Shown piece after piece: positions 59,019-64,000 of a stretch of DNA of 64,000 nucleotides (position 1 is the stretch's first letter; every line of letters starts with the position of its first letter). Under the pieces are notes generated by a model. That model did no database searches and was not told where the DNA came from. It was given only the letters and a program-made list of their open reading frames with translations. Position numbers and translations under genes: made by a program. The DNA lies in the NCBI GenBank assembly GCA_963796105.1, contig CAWCKJ010000008.1:32001-96000 (forward strand). Direction: 5' to 3'. This stretch comes from a candidate division FCPU426 bacterium (GTDB lineage Bacteria; Oederibacteriota; Muellerivitia; Muellerivitales; Muellerivitaceae).

Positions 59019-61388
59019 ATGAAAACCATGAAATGGCCCTTTAGCAATCACAAGCGGTTCGTCCTCTGGTTTTTACTTTGCCTGCTCGGGTTTTATGTCC
59101 TGCTCCGCGCCGCGCCTGTTCCGCTCAAAAAACTTCACGGCGACTATTCCACGGCCTACCTGGCTTCCGATGGAAGCCTTTTGCGTCTTACCCTTTCCAG
59201 AAGCGGCAAGTACCGCCTACCCTTGAGGCTCGATGAAATCTCGCCCCAAGTTGTCCGGGGCTTCACGGCCTACGAGGACCGGTGGTTTTTCTGGCATTAC
59301 GGTGTGAACCCCGTGGCTTTGCTCCGGGCCCTCATCTTGGATTTGACGCACCACAAGATCCTCTCGGGAGCTTCCACCATTACCATGCAGGTGGCCAAGC
59401 TGATGGACCGCAGGCCCAGGACTTTCTGGGCCAAGGGGATCGAGGCATTCCGGGCCATGCAGTTGGAGGCCCGCTATTCCAAGAAACAAATCCTCGAGTT
59501 CTACCTGAACAGCGTCCCCATGGGGGGGAACATCGAGGGAGTGGGGGCGGCGTCGCTTCTTTACTTCGGCAAGCCGGCCAAGCTGCTTTCCTGGGGCGAA
59601 ACTGCCCTTTTGATCAGTCTTCCCCGGTCGCCCGCGGCGAGGCGGCCTGACCGATTCCCGGAAAAGGCGAGGGAGGGAAGGGACAAGGTCCTTGGACAAA
59701 TCCTTCCTATTGTAAAGCCTCCCCAAAGCGAGGCGGAAGAGGCCTACCATTCCATCCTGCCAAAAGGCCGGTATTTAAATCCCAACCCCGCTCCCAACCT
59801 GGTTGAAAGGGCGGCCCAATTATCCAGCCATGCCCCTGGGGTGGTCCAGACGGCCTTGCGGCCCAATTTGCAGGGGTTGGCGATGAAAATGCTGGTGAGT
59901 GCCGTCGCTCCCATAAGAAATCAGGGGGTCCATAACGGAGCGGTCATTATGGTGGACAACCATACGATGAAAGTAGTGGCTTACGTGGGAAGCCCGGATT
60001 TTCACGACTCCCAGGGAGGACAGGTGAACGGGGCCAACATCCCCCGGTCGCCGGGATCGGCCTTAAAACCTTTCCTGTACGGATTGGCGATGGACCGCGG
60101 GTTGATCACGCCTAAGACCATGCTATTCGATATTCCGCGCGATTACGGCGGTTTTAAACCGGCCAATTATGAGGGCAAATACGGCGGGCTGGTTCCGGCG
60201 GAGGACGCCTTGGCCCGTTCCCTGAACATTCCCGCAGTGGGGTTGGAATCCAGCTTGGAATCCATGGGTAACGACGGTTTGGAATTCTGGATCAAGCAAG
60301 CCGGTTGTATCGGGCGGGATCGGGGCCAACTGGAACCTGGATTGTCAGTGGTGTTAGGGGCCTATCCCATGACGGTGGAGGAAATGGTCCGGATTTACGC
60401 GGCCCTGGCCAATGGAGGAAGAATGAGAAGCCTGAGGTTTTTTGAGGATGAGTCCCAAGTCCCGGAGAAGGGAAAGGAGGTTCTTTCCCGGGAAGCCAGC
60501 TACATGGTTTCCGAAATGCTGGCCAAGGTGGAGAGGACGGATATTCCCGCCTCCTGGGAATTTTCCCCCACCCGCGGCAAAGTGGCCTTTAAGACCGGCA
60601 CTTCTTTCGGCCATCGAGACGCCTGGTGCGTCGGATATAACCCGGATTACACCATCGGAGTCTGGCTCGGCAACACGGATAACCAGGGGTCGCCCGCCTT
60701 GATCGGCCATGATGCCGCGGCCCCGGTGGTCATCAATCTCTTCAACGCCCTGACCCGATCCAATGATTCCTGGTTCCAGAGGCCGCCGGGAGTCCAGAAC
60801 CGGAAAATTTGCGCCCTCTCGGGCCAGCCCACGGGCGAGGATTGCAAGGACGTGATCGAGGACATGTTCATACCGGGCGTCAGCGACAACCATCCCTGCC
60901 AGGTTCACCGGAAAGTTTGGATCAGGAAAAAGGACGGAAAAGAGGTTTGCCGCTATTGCATGACGGGCAAACCCGAGGAGTATTACTCCAAAATTTACGA
61001 GATTTGGCCTCCCGACGTGACGCGGTACCTCAGGAGCCACGGTAAAAAATTCGAGGCCATCCCCAGGCATAATCCCGATTGCGCGTATTTCTACTCCCGC
61101 TTCACGCCCCATATCCAATCGCCCAAATCCGATGGGAAATATGAGATTCAGCAGGGGATACCCCTGGAAGGCCAGAGGATGACGTTTTCGGTCCAAGCTG
61201 GCCCGGACGTGGACGAGGTTTATTGGTTCGTGAACGGACGGCTTGTGGGACAGGGAAAACCAGACAAGCTCTTTTTTTGGATCCCTGAACAGGGAAAGTG
61301 GGAGGTCTCGGTATTGGATTCCCAGGGCCGCGCAGACAAGGTGAATATCCTGGTTTTCGACAAGAAGCTGGAGGGTAAAAAGCAATAA
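59019..61388 (+). CDS. pbpC: Penicillin-binding protein 1C
   Basis: EDRWF, SGASTITMQ, SxxK (PGSALKP), SLN, KTGT; directly follows the macroglobulin gene. Confidence 0.95.
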   Translation: MKTMKWPFSNHKRFVLWFLLCLLGFYVLLRAAPVPLKKLHGDYSTAYLASDGSLLRLTLSRSGKYRLPLRLDEISPQVVRGFTAYEDRWFFWHYGVNPVALLRALILDLTHHKILSGASTITMQVAKLMDRRPRTFWAKGIEAFRAMQLEARYSKKQILEFYLNSVPMGGNIEGVGAASLLYFGKPAKLLSWGETALLISLPRSPAARRPDRFPEKAREGRDKVLGQILPIVKPPQSEAEEAYHSILPKGRYLNPNPAPNLVERAAQLSSHAPGVVQTALRPNLQGLAMKMLVSAVAPIRNQGVHNGAVIMVDNHTMKVVAYVGSPDFHDSQGGQVNGANIPRSPGSALKPFLYGLAMDRGLITPKTMLFDIPRDYGGFKPANYEGKYGGLVPAEDALARSLNIPAVGLESSLESMGNDGLEFWIKQAGCIGRDRGQLEPGLSVVLGAYPMTVEEMVRIYAALANGGRMRSLRFFEDESQVPEKGKEVLSREASYMVSEMLAKVERTDIPASWEFSPTRGKVAFKTGTSFGHRDAWCVGYNPDYTIGVWLGNTDNQGSPALIGHDAAAPVVINLFNALTRSNDSWFQRPPGVQNRKICALSGQPTGEDCKDVIEDMFIPGVSDNHPCQVHRKVWIRKKDGKEVCRYCMTGKPEEYYSKIYEIWPPDVTRYLRSHGKKFEAIPRHNPDCAYFYSRFTPHIQSPKSDGKYEIQQGIPLEGQRMTFSVQAGPDVDEVYWFVNGRLVGQGKPDKLFFWIPEQGKWEVSVLDSQGRADKVNILVFDKKLEGKKQ

Positions 61389-61428
61389 ACAGAGGGGGAA
61401 GATTAATAAAATCAATAGACCGCAGGTG

Positions 61429-62414
61429 TATGTTTATGCACAAAGTGACCGTGCTGTAATGGGTTTTGCTAAGGCACATGCGGTCAAAGCACGGTGAAAT
61501 AAGGAATCGGGATCATGACGACGGTTGAACCGATAGGCATATTCACTTAGATACCGGCCTAAATACTTAGCATCAACGCCATGATGAGTTCCAATGATCC
61601 AGGCCTTGGCGTTGGAAATGAACCGGTGTACCCAGGGCAACCAACTTTCCAACTCTTTCGGGTCATTGGCCATCACCCGGTAGTCTGCCTCCACTCCTTT
61701 GAGTTCACGCAAGGCTGGCGAAGCATCTGTGTTGAGGAAAGAGCCTTTTTCCATAGTCTGATTCACGAATTCCTGGCTCTCCCACTTGGTTTCCATAGCT
61801 ACCTTCACCTTGGCAAAACCCGCTTTTTCCTTCTTGCAACCATTCTCATCCACCCATTCCTTGCTTTCCACCGCCACCAAGACTTCCACTTGGTTTTCCT
61901 TGGCCTTTTTCCCAAAAACCGCCCCATCCAACTCAATGACGCCCTTTAGAGTATAGCTTTCGTCCTTTTGCCTAAGACCTTCCCGGATCTTATGCAATAG
62001 AAGCCATGCCGAATGATCCGAAAGATTTAAATGCCGCTTCAGTTCCAGGGCCGAAATACCCCGTTTGCCCTGCATCATCAAACTGATGGCCCTGACCCAG
62101 GTTAAAAGAGGCAGCTTGGAGCTTTCAAAAATCGTCCCGGCGCGAAGCCGAAGACGTTTCCGGCAATAGTCACATTCCCTCACTTCAGGCTTGGCCTGGT
62201 GTTGCCAGAAGCTTTCGCCCTCACATTGGGGACAAACAAAGTCTTTCCCGCCGAAACGGCATCTCCACACCCATTGGCGGGCTTCTTCTTCCGTGTGGAT
62301 TTTCCTCAGAATTTTAATGCTTTTCATCCGCTGGTAGCTCATGTACCACCTCCCGTAGCGGACAGTATACCTATGTATTCCTTTATTTCAAGGGTCACTT
62401 AATACAGAAGCATG
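61429..62414 (-). mobile_element. IS1595-family insertion sequence
   Basis: 8-bp direct repeat CGCAGGTG at 61421-61428 and 62415-62422; imperfect 22-bp IRs ending in AAGTGACC. Confidence 0.9.
61434..62342 (-). CDS. IS1595-family transposase
   Basis: Zn ribbon CPQC..CDYC, AGTIF, GISALEL, IELD, GTHHGV, YLSEYAYRFNRR. Confidence 0.95.
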   Translation of the reverse strand: MSYQRMKSIKILRKIHTEEEARQWVWRCRFGGKDFVCPQCEGESFWQHQAKPEVRECDYCRKRLRLRAGTIFESSKLPLLTWVRAISLMMQGKRGISALELKRHLNLSDHSAWLLLHKIREGLRQKDESYTLKGVIELDGAVFGKKAKENQVEVLVAVESKEWVDENGCKKEKAGFAKVKVAMETKWESQEFVNQTMEKGSFLNTDASPALRELKGVEADYRVMANDPKELESWLPWVHRFISNAKAWIIGTHHGVDAKYLGRYLSEYAYRFNRRHDPDSLFHRALTACALAKPITARSLCA

Positions 62415-62505
62415 CGCAGGTGCTTTGTACAAAGGCAAACAATTTTTATATGATATTTATCGGTAAAAAGAGTTGTTGTAACTTTTCCTCGAAAAGGCGG
62501 AAGAA

Positions 62506-63204
62506 TTGTCGATTAAGAAAAACCTGACCTCATTCCTGATAAAGCTGATCCTGGGTGTTCTTTTGCTTTGGCTGTGCGGCGGGATGGGGGTGGTCCTGGG
62601 AAAAGCCTACACGCGCCTGCCCTGGTCCGACAGGACCACCTGGGTCTTTTTCATCGGCTTCGGGTCTTACCTCATCCTGCACTTCGTCCTGTATAAACCC
62701 ATCCTGAGCCACGTGATGGCCCACGAATTGACCCACGCCCTGGCCGCCGTCCTCATGGGAGGAAAAGTCACGGCCATCCACGCCACCACGAGCGGCGGTT
62801 CCACCACCGTCAATAAGTCCAACATTCTCATCAGTTTGGCGCCTTACATATTCCCCCTTTACACGGTTGTAACCGTGGGGTTGTACTTGTTGGCGGCACA
62901 GCCGTTCAAGATTTACCTGATGGGGCTCATAGGTTTTACCTACGCATTCCACCTGGCGCTGACCGCTTATTCCCTGACTCACCCCCAGACCGACTTGAAG
63001 GAGGGTGGGATGGCGTTTTCCTTGATTTTCATTTTGGCGGGAAATATGATTGGTGCAATGCTACTGACCTCACTTGTTTGGCCGCAAGTATTGCCCCTTT
63101 CCAGCGCGTTTCCTGAAACGTTTCGATGGTCCTGGCGGCTGGCCCTTGGAACGTACCATTGGTTCAAGCCGCATCCCATCCCCCCGGAGGCCCATGTCCC
63201 ATGA
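62506..63204 (+). CDS. M50-type membrane metallopeptidase
   Basis: HELTH, LISLAPY, QTD motif, several TM helices. Confidence 0.75.
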   Translation: MSIKKNLTSFLIKLILGVLLLWLCGGMGVVLGKAYTRLPWSDRTTWVFFIGFGSYLILHFVLYKPILSHVMAHELTHALAAVLMGGKVTAIHATTSGGSTTVNKSNILISLAPYIFPLYTVVTVGLYLLAAQPFKIYLMGLIGFTYAFHLALTAYSLTHPQTDLKEGGMAFSLIFILAGNMIGAMLLTSLVWPQVLPLSSAFPETFRWSWRLALGTYHWFKPHPIPPEAHVP

Positions 63205-64000
63205 AAAAAACTTTTGTATTGGACACGAACGTATTGATCCACAATCCGAAGGCCATCGAGTCCTTCGCGGACAATATCGTGGTCATTCCTCTGGGGGTCA
63301 TCGAGGAGCTGGATACCTTCAAGAAATACCAGGATGAGCGGGGGAGGAACGCCCGTGAGGTGGCGCGCCTTTTGGATGATCTACGTTTAAAGGGCCATTT
63401 GCCGGAGGGGGTGCCGCTTCCCAACGGGGGCCTCTTGAAAGTGGATATAAGCACCCCCAACGGCCATTTGCCGGCGTCGCTTTCCGGAATGAAGATCGAT
63501 AACAACATTATTGGCATAGCTTTGGCCCTGAAACAAAAGGGCGAGAACGTCCATTTCGTCACCAAGGACATCAACGTCAGGGTCAAGGCGGACGCCTTGG
63601 GCGTGGAAGCCGAAGATTTCGAGACCAATAAGGTCAACATTGACGAGTTATACGCGGGATGGGCCACCCTGACAGTGGGGGACGCCCAAATCGACGAATT
63701 CTACAAGACTGGAAAGCTATCCATTCAGGACCGCTTGGCCGATAACGTCTTTTACGAGAACCAGTTCCTGCTATTGAAAAGCGATATCCATGAGACCAAG
63801 ACGGCCCGAGGTGTTTACCGCGAGGGCTTGAAGGAAGTCCAAGCCCTCTGGTTCAAGGACCCGGAGGCCTGGGGGATCAAGGCCCTGAACCTGGAGCAAA
63901 ATTTCGCCTTGAACCTGCTTTTAAACGACCGAATCACCATCGTGACCCTGGTGGGAACAGCCGGCACTGGAAAAACCCTCCTGGCCCTTGCGGCGGGACT
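63201..64000 (+). CDS. PIN-PhoH family protein (3'-partial; absent from the ORF track)
   Basis: ATG 63201 gives MKKTFVLDTNVLIH, VIEELD, DNNII, VTKDINVRVKA, Walker A GTAGTGKT at the window edge. Confidence 0.9.
   Translation, partial: MKKTFVLDTNVLIHNPKAIESFADNIVVIPLGVIEELDTFKKYQDERGRNAREVARLLDDLRLKGHLPEGVPLPNGGLLKVDISTPNGHLPASLSGMKIDNNIIGIALALKQKGENVHFVTKDINVRVKADALGVEAEDFETNKVNIDELYAGWATLTVGDAQIDEFYKTGKLSIQDRLADNVFYENQFLLLKSDIHETKTARGVYREGLKEVQALWFKDPEAWGIKALNLEQNFALNLLLNDRITIVTLVGTAGTGKTLLALAAG

Overview
Bacterial chromosomal window in two parts. The left ~20 kb is visibly AT-richer and encodes surface-glycosylation functions: a DUF2723/TMEM260-like TPR protein, three large ArnT/PMT-like (GT-C) transferases (two with PA14-like tails), GT9, a GT2 polyprenol-P-sugar synthase, a methyltransferase, an NPCBM protein, two near-identical membrane spermidine-synthase-like genes and an IS30. 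The rest is GC-richer: frameshifted GH3 bglX with a sugar ABC operon, metK-ahcY, xylF-xylG-(GT-C-like gene)-xylH, ftsE-ftsX-envC-ctpA-divergent deacetylase, tsaD, mgtC, dusB, PAP2, rsmI, capA, SpoIID, alpha-2-macroglobulin with pbpC, IS1595, an M50 peptidase and a partial PIN-PhoH gene. Main oddities: (1) the rsmI 3' end occurs three times, separating defence-type cargo genes, with no integrase in the window; (2) the paralog pair is identical except in the catalytic domain; (3) nested intergenic palindromic repeats, one with an inverted inner module; (4) an alpha-2-macroglobulin with a ~500-aa polytopic membrane N-terminus; (5) a motif-degenerate FtsE. All calls come from reading motifs by eye; no database searches were run.
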